A stretch of DNA of 64,000 bases from an uncultured Bacilli bacterium. GTDB lineage: Bacteria; Bacillota_I; Bacilli_A; RFN20; CAG-449. The DNA lies in assembly GCA_944332525.1 (NCBI GenBank), contig CALVKD010000070.1, forward strand, positions 4,014 to 68,013, given 5' to 3'. The notes under the pieces were generated by a model. The model saw nothing but the letters and a program-made list of their open reading frames with translations. It made no database searches and was not told the DNA's origin. Shown one piece after another: positions 37,670-46,595 of this stretch. Both the position numbers and the translations under genes were made by a program. The first letter of the stretch is position 1, and every line of letters starts with the position of its first letter.

Positions 37670-38967
37670 TCAATAACCTCGTAAATGAGTTTTGATGGTT
37701 CAACTACTTCATCGCTAAAAGCGTAGGAATCATGAATAAGTTGCTCCGCTTCGGCAAATTTTTCAAAGTTTGTATACAGATAAGCTAAAATATCGCCTTT
37801 TTTTACCACATCACCAACTTTTTTTGTCAAAGTAATGCCGCTAGCATAATCAATCGAATCTTCTTTTTTAGCTCTGCCAGCACCTAAAAGCATCGCACCT
37901 TCGCCAATTTTTAAAGCGTCGATAGCTTTAATATAGCCATCATGCTTTGAAATAAGCGGTTTAACTATTTTTGCCTTAGGGAACTTATCAAGATCATCAA
38001 TATAAGTAGAATCGCCACCCTGTGCTTTGACCATCTCTTTTAATTTAGCTAAGCCCTCACCGGAAGCAATATGCTCTTTAATAAGTTTTTCCCCTTCAGT
38101 TACTGTTTTACAAATATTTGCTTGGGTTAAAATAATTCCGCCTAATCTCACGCATAAGGTCTCAAAGTCTTTTGGACCATGTCCTTTTAAAGTATTAACC
38201 GCCTCAATAACTTCTAAAGCATTACCGATATTATTACCAAGCGGTTCGTTCATATCGGTGATAACCGCTTTGGTGTTTTTATTGAAGGCTTTGCCAATTT
38301 CAACCATCAATGAAGCGAGTTTTTTTCCGTCCTCTAATGTTTTCATGAAAGCTCCATTACCAAACTTAACATCGAGAAGAATAGTATCTGCATTAGCCGC
38401 GAGTTTTTTTGACATAATTGATGAAGCGATTAACGGAAGGGAATCGACTGTCGCAGTAACATCTCTTAAAGCATAAAGTTTTTTATCAGCAGGAACTAAA
38501 TTTTGGCTTTGACCAATAATAGCAATATTAATATCATTAACCTGTTTGATAAATTCTTCACTGGTAAGATTAATTCTCATTCCCTTAATTGATTCAAGTT
38601 TATCGAGAGTTCCTCCGGTATGTCCTAATCCTCGTCCGGACATCTTTGCTACCTTAACTCCGCAGCTTGCAACCAAAGGGAGTAATGCTAACGAAGTTTT
38701 ATCACCTACTCCACCCGTGGAATGTTTATCAATTTTTACACCTTTTATTTTACTTAAATCAATTACATCACCTGAATGTAACATCGCTTCCGTCAGAGCA
38801 AAGGTTTCTTCTTTGGTCATCGAATTAAAACAGATGGCCATTAATAAAGCCGAAACTTGATAATCCGGTATTTCATTATTGACGTAACCTTTAATAAAAA
38901 AATTGATTTCTTCCTTGCTTAAAGGAAGATTAAGTTTCTTTTTTTCGATAATTTCTGTCATTAGCAT
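37666..38967 (-). CDS. pdp: Pyrimidine-nucleoside phosphorylase
   Basis: 433 aa. Glycosyl-transferase family 3 motifs (DKHSTGGVGDK, SGRGLGHTGGTLDKLE). Confidence 0.9.
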   Translation of the reverse strand: MLMTEIIEKKKLNLPLSKEEINFFIKGYVNNEIPDYQVSALLMAICFNSMTKEETFALTEAMLHSGDVIDLSKIKGVKIDKHSTGGVGDKTSLALLPLVASCGVKVAKMSGRGLGHTGGTLDKLESIKGMRINLTSEEFIKQVNDINIAIIGQSQNLVPADKKLYALRDVTATVDSLPLIASSIMSKKLAANADTILLDVKFGNGAFMKTLEDGKKLASLMVEIGKAFNKNTKAVITDMNEPLGNNIGNALEVIEAVNTLKGHGPKDFETLCVRLGGIILTQANICKTVTEGEKLIKEHIASGEGLAKLKEMVKAQGGDSTYIDDLDKFPKAKIVKPLISKHDGYIKAIDALKIGEGAMLLGAGRAKKEDSIDYASGITLTKKVGDVVKKGDILAYLYTNFEKFAEAEQLIHDSYAFSDEVVEPSKLIYEVIE

Positions 38968-39027
38968 AATTAATCTCTCTCTTTCTAGTACATTATAGCA
39001 AAGAAAAGAATGAAAAAAAACCAGACA

Positions 39028-39663
39028 TTAATGTCTGGTTTCATTTAAATGGCGAGATAAGATAACTAATGATGAAGCCATATTCTCATTTTGAACAATA
39101 ATATCCTTATTAACATTTAATTTAGTAGGGGCAAAATTCCAAATAGCCTTCACTCCGCTTCGGACGAGATTATCGCAGGCTTCTTGCGCATGGACGGCCG
39201 GAACAGTGATAATTCCAACATGTATTTCATGTTTCTTACAAAAAGAAGGTAATTCCGCTAACGATTTAATCGTATATCGTCCAACTTTTTGATTTATTTT
39301 ATCAGGATTCTTATCAAAAGCTGCAACAATTTCTAATCCATACTCAGCAAATCCTTGATAATTAAGCAAAGCTGTACCTAGCGAACCGACACCGATTAAA
39401 ACTGATTTATTATTATTCTTCATTCCTAAAAATAATGAAATATCCGTCAAAAGCTCATCGATTTCATAACCGACTTTCGGCTTGCCACCAGTACGTGAAA
39501 TCAAAGCTAAATCTTTTCTGACTTGAACATCATTTAACTCTAAGCTTTTAGCAATTGCTGTTGATGAGAGATATACTTCTCCCTGAGCTTTCATCTTTTT
39601 CAGATAATCCAAATAAAAAGGAATTCTCTTAAGTGTGTTTTGTGAAATATATACTTTTCCCAT
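39028..39663 (-). CDS. rex: Redox-sensing transcriptional repressor Rex
   Basis: N-terminal wHTH plus Rossmann GxGxxG (GVGSLG). 211 aa. Confidence 0.85.
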   Translation of the reverse strand: MGKVYISQNTLKRIPFYLDYLKKMKAQGEVYLSSTAIAKSLELNDVQVRKDLALISRTGGKPKVGYEIDELLTDISLFLGMKNNNKSVLIGVGSLGTALLNYQGFAEYGLEIVAAFDKNPDKINQKVGRYTIKSLAELPSFCKKHEIHVGIITVPAVHAQEACDNLVRSGVKAIWNFAPTKLNVNKDIIVQNENMASSLVILSRHLNETRH

Positions 39664-39713
39664 ATCTTTATTTTAAATCTTTTAATACTTCTCTTTCAAT
39701 ACTTTTATATCGA

Positions 39714-40352
39714 TTAGATAGAGACTATATCAATTAATTCATCAAAAGAGGAAATACAATATTTTGCCATTGAATTGGCTTTTTGAGAGAGAAGGCAAGT
39801 ATCAAATCCCCCATTAATTCCGCTTTCAATACCGACTAAGGAATCTTCAACGACGAGTAAATCTTTTTTTGGTAAATCGATTTTTTCTGAGGCAATTAAA
39901 AAGACTTCTGGATCTGGTTTAGGTTCTTTGATATCCTTACCGCTAACAACTACTGAAAAATATTTCTTCATGTTAGTTTGCTCTAATAATTCCTCAGCGT
40001 GCCTACTTGAAGAAGCAATCGCCATTTTTACTCCTGCAGCCTGCATTTTATTTAAAACTCTAGTAACTTTAACTGAAACAAAATTTTCATCAATATTTTT
40101 TAAATATTGCTCATAATAGAAATCTTTCTCTTCTATTAGCCGTTTTTGATTATTTTCATCAAGAGTAATTTTTGCGTGTTCAAGAATCTTTTTTAAAGCT
40201 TCTTTTTTTGATATACCCAAAGTTTCTTCAAACATTAAATCATATAAAAAGATGTGCTCATTAAAGCATACTTTCTTCCAAGCTAAATAATGAAGTTTAT
40301 CACTTGGTAAAATTACGCCATCTAAATCGAAGAGCACACCTTTATATTTCAT
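39714..40352 (-). CDS. HAD-IA hydrolase (beta-phosphoglucomutase/phosphatase-like)
   Basis: DLDGV motif I. C-terminal EDS/GxxxG motif. 212 aa. Confidence 0.7.
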   Translation of the reverse strand: MKYKGVLFDLDGVILPSDKLHYLAWKKVCFNEHIFLYDLMFEETLGISKKEALKKILEHAKITLDENNQKRLIEEKDFYYEQYLKNIDENFVSVKVTRVLNKMQAAGVKMAIASSSRHAEELLEQTNMKKYFSVVVSGKDIKEPKPDPEVFLIASEKIDLPKKDLLVVEDSLVGIESGINGGFDTCLLSQKANSMAKYCISSFDELIDIVSI

Positions 40353-40399
40353 CCTATCACCTTATATCAATTATATAATTTAAGGTGAATAAGATAAAG

Positions 40400-41203
40400 T
40401 TAATCAATAATTCCGTGACGGAAATCAATCTTAAACGCTTTAGCTAAGGTTAATAATTGTTCATTTGTAATGGATTGTAAACGAGGTTTATCGCAAATTT
40501 TCATATAAATTTCTGCAGCTTTTTCAATTGTTTCGATTAATCCGAAGACTTCATCAAGAGTCTTTCCGGTGCAGAATAAACCATGTTGAGCCCAAACAAC
40601 TGAACGATATTCCTTCATCTTTTCAGCAGTAGCAATACCGATTTCTTCGCCTCCGCAGAGAATCCATGGTAATACTGCAATTCCTTCTGGGAAAACAACG
40701 ATTGATTCTGTTTGCATCTTCCAAAGATCTTCAGTCCAATGATTAGAATCTAAATCATGAATATGGGTCATGCAGATAACATTTGTTGGATGGCAGTGGC
40801 AAACCAAACGATGTTTTGGATCAACTTTTAATCTTTCGATATGACATTTTAAATGAGTTGGTGCCTCTGAAGTTGGTGCACCACCATCTTTGTAACCCCA
40901 AAGTAAACCGAGAGTATGATTATCAATAACTTTAAGAATTCCTAAATTAGTTTCAGGATCTTTGAGGCAGTTTTTAAAATACTTTCCGGTTCCGGTAATA
41001 ATAAAATATTTACCGACAATTGATGACATATCAAAGTTATAAGTAAATGTTCTTTTAACTTTGTCAGTATCACAAACCGATTCTACTTCTTCTTCAGTTA
41101 AGATATAAGAAAGGTTACCACCATTTCTTTCATCCCAGCCATGCTTATATAATAAATCAAGAATTTCTGTTACTTCTTCAATGCATTTGTATCCCATTTT
41201 CAT
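40400..41203 (-). CDS. rhaD: Rhamnulose-1-phosphate aldolase
   Basis: GWDERNGGNL signature shared with E. coli RhaD. Class II aldolase His residues. Confidence 0.8.
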   Translation of the reverse strand: MKMGYKCIEEVTEILDLLYKHGWDERNGGNLSYILTEEEVESVCDTDKVKRTFTYNFDMSSIVGKYFIITGTGKYFKNCLKDPETNLGILKVIDNHTLGLLWGYKDGGAPTSEAPTHLKCHIERLKVDPKHRLVCHCHPTNVICMTHIHDLDSNHWTEDLWKMQTESIVVFPEGIAVLPWILCGGEEIGIATAEKMKEYRSVVWAQHGLFCTGKTLDEVFGLIETIEKAAEIYMKICDKPRLQSITNEQLLTLAKAFKIDFRHGIID

Positions 41204-42444
41204 TAATCTCCTCTTTTAAGTAAAACTTCTTTTTCATATTTTTTGATTTCATCAAACCAAGATTTATCACCGACAACATTTTGTCTCTTGCAATACTCTT
41301 GCCATACTTCATCAAACGGTAAATCTTTAATTTCTTCTTGCATAACCATTAATTCGGTAAACTTAGCTTCATCTTGTAATTTTGCAAAAGTTTCCCAAGG
41401 TGTTAATAGAGCTTTAAGAAGTGCTTTTTCCATGTTTCTGCTACCAATAATTAAAGCAGCAACTCTATTAATTGAAGCATCAAAATAATCAAGGCCGATA
41501 TAAGCTCTATCAAGAGCATTGCATTTAACTAATTCATTAGCGACATCTTGTAAATCATCGTTTAATCTTAAAACGTGATCAGAATCCCATCTAACTGGTC
41601 TTGAAACGTGGAAAGCTAAACGCGGAGAGAACAATAGTAGCGATGAAATTTTATCAGCGACATTTTCAGTTGGATGGAAATGGCCGGTATCAAGCAAGCA
41701 AAGAACATTATTCTTCATCGCATATGAAAGGTAGAATTCATGTGATCCGGTTGTATATGATTCAACACCGATTCCAAATACCTTGCTTTCAACAGCATCA
41801 TCTTCGTATTCGCGGTCAACCCTAACGCTAAAGATTTCATCAAGAGATTCTTTTAATCTTCTTCTTGGTCCTTGTCTATCAGCAGGAACATCTTTTAATC
41901 CATCAGGAATCCAAATGTTACAAAGTGATCTTTGTTTTAATTCCTTACCAAAATATTCAGCAATTTTTCTAGAATTGATACAGTGCCGAATCCAGTAATC
42001 GCGAACTTCTTTCTTTGGTGAAGATAAAGTTAAATTATCAACAACCATCGGTGAAGAGAACATCGTTGGGTTAAAATCTAATCCTAAATTTCTCTTTTTA
42101 GCATATTCGACCCAAGCTGCAAAATCTTCTGGTTGAATATCCGCGCGGTCGACATCTCTGTCAGTGACTAAATATGTAGCATGCAAATTAATTTTTTTCT
42201 TGCCAGGAATAAATTTTAAAGCTTCATCAAGATCTCTTGTCAATTCTTCAAAATTTCTTGCTCTTCCCGGATAATTACCAGTTGTTTGAATACCACCAGA
42301 TAATGGTCCAGCATGCTTTTCAAATCCGATGACATCATCGAGCTGCCAGCAATGAATAGAAATAGCGACATCTTTTAATGTATCAAGAGCCTTTTCGACA
42401 TCGACACCATAGCTCTTATAAAGGTCAATAACTTCTTTTTTCAT
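41203..42444 (-). CDS. rhaA: L-rhamnose isomerase
   Basis: 413 aa; N-terminal ...ISIHCWQ motif typical of RhaA. Confidence 0.85.
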   Translation of the reverse strand: MKKEVIDLYKSYGVDVEKALDTLKDVAISIHCWQLDDVIGFEKHAGPLSGGIQTTGNYPGRARNFEELTRDLDEALKFIPGKKKINLHATYLVTDRDVDRADIQPEDFAAWVEYAKKRNLGLDFNPTMFSSPMVVDNLTLSSPKKEVRDYWIRHCINSRKIAEYFGKELKQRSLCNIWIPDGLKDVPADRQGPRRRLKESLDEIFSVRVDREYEDDAVESKVFGIGVESYTTGSHEFYLSYAMKNNVLCLLDTGHFHPTENVADKISSLLLFSPRLAFHVSRPVRWDSDHVLRLNDDLQDVANELVKCNALDRAYIGLDYFDASINRVAALIIGSRNMEKALLKALLTPWETFAKLQDEAKFTELMVMQEEIKDLPFDEVWQEYCKRQNVVGDKSWFDEIKKYEKEVLLKRGD

Positions 42445-43824
42445 TTAAACCTCCTTAATTTCAAAAGAATCTTTGACTAATTTTCTTGCTTGTTTAATAT
42501 CTTTAATTTTATGATCAGCAATCAACTGAACTAAAATATTACCTATTGAGGTAGCTTCAGTCGGTCCAACAAAAACCTTTTTTCCAAGATAATTTTTCGT
42601 AAGTGTAGAAAGATGTAAATCTTGTGATCCTCCACCGATAATATAGAGTTCATCGTACTGCTTACCGGTAATTTCCTCAATTTCGGTAAAAGCGCGCCTA
42701 TATTCATTAGCCAATGAATGATAGATAACGCTTAAGACATCCTTTAACTCAAGAGGCTGATCAAAACAGGAATTAACTGCATCTATCATCGATTTTGGAG
42801 CTAAGAATTTATCATCGTTTACATCAATAATTCTTTCAAACGATGATGTCTTAGCTAAAGCGATTAACTCTGGGAAGGAAACCTTTCTTCCTTCCTTTGC
42901 TGAAACTTCTCTTCTAACGTTTTGAAGCATCCATAAACCCATAATATTCTTTAAAAAGCGATAGGTTTTGTAAGCTCCACCTTCATTGGTAAAGTTGTGT
43001 TCCATACTAATTTTTGAAAGAATAGGTTTTCTATTTTCTGTACCGATTAATGACCAAGTCCCTGATGATAGATATACTTCATCTTTCTCGGAAGGGTAAG
43101 ATAAGACAGCAGAAGCTGTATCATGCGAGGCGCAGAGAATTACTTTGCAATCAAATCCAACTTCTGAAGCGATTGCTTTGCTAAAATGTCCTAATAACGT
43201 TCCCGGTTCAACAATCTCAGTAAAAAGAGATTTGTTTAAACCAAGGCTTTCAATTGCATCAAAATTCCAACTTTTAGTTTCTGCATTAAGCAATCCAGTT
43301 GTAGAGATATTTGAATATTCATGTCCTTTTTTACCAGTTAAGACGAAACTTAAATATTCTGGAATCATCAAAAATGTACTTGCTTTGTCAAGTCTACCTT
43401 TTTTCTTATCAGCATAGAATTGGTAGATTGTGTTAAATTTTTGAAATTGAATACCGCTATGAGAATAAAGCTTATCAAATGGATAAATCTTATGCACTTC
43501 ATCAATAACATCTTCTGTTCTACTATCGCGATAAGCATAAACCGGATAAATAATTTGATCTTGTTTATCAAGCAAAACGTAATCAACTGCCCAAGTATCA
43601 ATTGCCAAAGTGGTAGGTATTTTGTTAATTTCATGGCACTTTTTAATACCGTTGATAACCTCTCGACGAAGATGGTCAATATCCCATGTTAAATGATTAT
43701 CCTTATTACTGACATTATTCTCGAATCGGTATATTTCCTCAAGTACAAGTTTTCCGTCGACAATTGAGCCAAGAATATGACGACCCGAGGAAGCACCAAT
43801 ATCGATAGCTAAGTAGTATTCCAT
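42445..43824 (-). CDS. rhaB: Rhamnulokinase (FGGY sugar kinase)
   Basis: FGGY N-terminus (AIDIGASSGR). 459 aa. Position in the rha operon. Confidence 0.85.
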   Translation of the reverse strand: MEYYLAIDIGASSGRHILGSIVDGKLVLEEIYRFENNVSNKDNHLTWDIDHLRREVINGIKKCHEINKIPTTLAIDTWAVDYVLLDKQDQIIYPVYAYRDSRTEDVIDEVHKIYPFDKLYSHSGIQFQKFNTIYQFYADKKKGRLDKASTFLMIPEYLSFVLTGKKGHEYSNISTTGLLNAETKSWNFDAIESLGLNKSLFTEIVEPGTLLGHFSKAIASEVGFDCKVILCASHDTASAVLSYPSEKDEVYLSSGTWSLIGTENRKPILSKISMEHNFTNEGGAYKTYRFLKNIMGLWMLQNVRREVSAKEGRKVSFPELIALAKTSSFERIIDVNDDKFLAPKSMIDAVNSCFDQPLELKDVLSVIYHSLANEYRRAFTEIEEITGKQYDELYIIGGGSQDLHLSTLTKNYLGKKVFVGPTEATSIGNILVQLIADHKIKDIKQARKLVKDSFEIKEV

Positions 43825-43922
43825 AATAACCTCCTTATCTTCGCCTTTATTTTATCAAAAAATGTAAGCGTTATTATATAACTATCTTGCACTCATTTAT
43901 AATTATTTTGTAAAATACAATT

Positions 43923-44771
43923 ATGCATAATCGTTTTCCTTTATTTTCTGATCAAAGCAATCTTCTCTACATTTCTGAGACGATTATCGATAAAGAATTT
44001 TACTCTTCTATGCATTCGCATCCGAATCTAGAAGTTCTCTTTTTTATCGACGGAGAAGGATTTATTCGTTCAAGTGAAGAAAAAATAAAAGTTAGTAAGC
44101 ATGATATCGTCATTATTAACGCTAATACCATGCATTACGAGGACACTACTAATCTCGTACATTTTTACGCTATTGGAATCAACGCTTCGGAAATATTTCT
44201 TCATGAAACATTCAAGAAGCAAATAATCCACATCAGACCAGAAAAAAATAATGGCAATGAAATAGAACTAATATACCGAATGATTTACCAAGAAGCTTCA
44301 TTAAAAGTGGAGTCATCATTAGATATTATTACTTCTCTTTATAAGATACTGCAGACTCTTTTATCAAGGACAAAACCCCTATTCTTTTATACAAAACAAA
44401 CAGATAAATATTCCTCAGTCGTAGCTTCTACGATGAATATCATCGATAACTATTTTTATTCTGATTTGAAACTAGAGGAGATAGCCGCGCGTTTTTCAAT
44501 TTCTGTTTCCTCTCTTTGCCATCAATTCAAAAATGAAACCAATACTTCTTTAATCGACTATAAGCTAAATTGTCAAATAAATGAAGCTAAGAACTTATTA
44601 AGAGTAACTGACATGTCAATGACGCAAATTTCATCAGCAATCGGATTTAATTCATCATCGTATTTTGCAAAAATTTTTAAATTAAAAACCGGTATGACAC
44701 CAAGCCAATACCGGAATAATGCGAAGAATAAAAATTACAATATTTCCTCAACTTCAACATCATCGCACTGA
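43923..44771 (+). CDS. AraC-family transcriptional activator (RhaR/RhaS-like), divergent from the rha operon
   Basis: N-terminal cupin sugar-binding domain; C-terminal double HTH. Confidence 0.8.
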   Translation: MHNRFPLFSDQSNLLYISETIIDKEFYSSMHSHPNLEVLFFIDGEGFIRSSEEKIKVSKHDIVIINANTMHYEDTTNLVHFYAIGINASEIFLHETFKKQIIHIRPEKNNGNEIELIYRMIYQEASLKVESSLDIITSLYKILQTLLSRTKPLFFYTKQTDKYSSVVASTMNIIDNYFYSDLKLEEIAARFSISVSSLCHQFKNETNTSLIDYKLNCQINEAKNLLRVTDMSMTQISSAIGFNSSSYFAKIFKLKTGMTPSQYRNNAKNKNYNISSTSTSSH

Positions 44772-45073
44772 ATTGCTAACGCATCATCAATTTTAAAAAT
44801 ACCATCGACAAATGTTGTTTTCGATGCAATATATGGATTGCGAAAACGCGATATAATTTTATTTAACGAAGAAAAATAATCATCGCTTAACGACTTCAAA
44901 TTATGAAAAACAAAATGGAAAGATAATCCTTTAAACTCATTGGTAACACCATCATTATCCATAGAAACAATCTCGCAATCGAGATGAAGAGAATTACCAA
45001 CCAAACGGAGATATGTTACCCTCGCATCCTTGAAGTCAAAATATTCAGCAAATTTTTCTAAAGTTAACACCAT
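44735..45073 (-). CDS. Hypothetical protein (112 aa)
   Basis: ORF with no recognised motif. Its 3' end overlaps the convergent AraC gene by 37 nt. Confidence 0.35.
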   Translation of the reverse strand: MVLTLEKFAEYFDFKDARVTYLRLVGNSLHLDCEIVSMDNDGVTNEFKGLSFHFVFHNLKSLSDDYFSSLNKIISRFRNPYIASKTTFVDGIFKIDDALAIQCDDVEVEEIL

Positions 45074-45167
45074 ATAATCACCTTTATTTCATTATAAAGG
45101 AAAATTTTCAACAATAAAAGATAAAGGACGCAACACTTTTATAAAATAGAAAAAGTAAGGCAAAACC

Positions 45168-46595
45168 TTACTTTTTTCCAATCTTCGTAATTGAGCGAAG
45201 CATTTTTAATTTCTTTGCTGTATATGGAGGATATTTAGTTTGGACTTCCATTCTTCCCTTTTCATAAACAGCTTTTTCATGTGAGAAAATTCTAAATGAA
45301 TACTTTCCGTGATAGGAATTAAATCCTGAGTTTCCAATGCCTCCAAATGGTAAATGATGGTTGGTCAACATCATAATGCAATCATTAATTCCCAAAGATC
45401 CAGCTGCGACATTCTCTTCAAAATAAGTAATTTCTTTTTTATCAGAAGAGAAAATATAGCTTGCTAACGGGCGATCCATTTTTCTAATAACCTCGACAGC
45501 ATCATGGAAATTATCATATTCAATAATTGGTAATAATGGTCCAAATATTTCTTCTTGCATTATTTTATCGTCAAAAGCGACATTATCAATAACTGTCGGT
45601 TCTAAATATAAACCTTCGTTTTTGCCTCCGAAGACAACTTTGCTCTGATCAATTAATCCTAATAAGCGATTAAGTTGTTTTTCGTTGACGACATGAACAA
45701 AATCTTTGCTAAGCACATCACCATCAAAATATCCTTTGCGAATTTCAGCAATAATTTTTTTAATTAATTGATCCTTTACTTTTTTATCAACATAGACATA
45801 ATCAACTGCAACACAAGTTTGCCCGGCATTTAAAAATTTTGCCCAAGTGATACGATGAGCTGCGATATCTAAATCTGCAGTAGCCGTAACAACGCAAGGC
45901 GATTTGCCACCTAATTCTAATGTTAATGGAGTCAAATGATGACTTGCTTTTTCCATTACGATACGTCCAACATTTGTTGAACCTGTAAAGAAAATATAAT
46001 CAAAAGGTAAATCTAATAATTCTTGATTTTCTTTTATTCCGCCAGTAACTACTGATAAAAGTCCATCTTCAAAATAATCGGAAATTACTTTTAATACTTC
46101 TGCCACCTTTGGCGCGTATTCACTAGGTTTGAGTATTACAGTGTTTCCAGCTGCCAAAGCACCAATTGCAGGGACTAAGGCTAATTGCAAAGGGTAATTC
46201 CAAGGAGCAATTACTAAAGTTACACCATATGGTTCATAGTAAAGATGATTTTTTGATGGAAAATTAAGCAAATTTGTTCCAACTTTTTTGCGTTTACTTA
46301 ATGATTTCAGATGTTTTAAGAAATAGTCAATTTCCATTATACACATCGATAATTCCGAGGCATCAACTTCAAATTCCGATTTATTTAAATCGTCCTTGAA
46401 TGCTTTATAAATGTCTAAGCGGTGGTCATTGAGAGCTTTTTTTAATGTTTTCAAGTTCTCTTTACGAGTATTTATGTCTTTAGTGCATGATGCAGCAAAA
46501 TACTGTTGCTGTAAAGAAAATAATTCTGGTATTATCATAACTACCTCCAATCTATTTTTTTGTAGTAACCATCTATTAACGAATAAAGGTAACAT
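45168..46595 (-). CDS. NAD-dependent aldehyde dehydrogenase (lactaldehyde dehydrogenase candidate for the rhamnose pathway)
   Basis: ALDH catalytic motifs ELGGKSP and Cys (GQTCVA). Confidence 0.85.
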   Translation of the reverse strand: MLPLFVNRWLLQKNRLEVVMIIPELFSLQQQYFAASCTKDINTRKENLKTLKKALNDHRLDIYKAFKDDLNKSEFEVDASELSMCIMEIDYFLKHLKSLSKRKKVGTNLLNFPSKNHLYYEPYGVTLVIAPWNYPLQLALVPAIGALAAGNTVILKPSEYAPKVAEVLKVISDYFEDGLLSVVTGGIKENQELLDLPFDYIFFTGSTNVGRIVMEKASHHLTPLTLELGGKSPCVVTATADLDIAAHRITWAKFLNAGQTCVAVDYVYVDKKVKDQLIKKIIAEIRKGYFDGDVLSKDFVHVVNEKQLNRLLGLIDQSKVVFGGKNEGLYLEPTVIDNVAFDDKIMQEEIFGPLLPIIEYDNFHDAVEVIRKMDRPLASYIFSSDKKEITYFEENVAAGSLGINDCIMMLTNHHLPFGGIGNSGFNSYHGKYSFRIFSHEKAVYEKGRMEVQTKYPPYTAKKLKMLRSITKIGKK

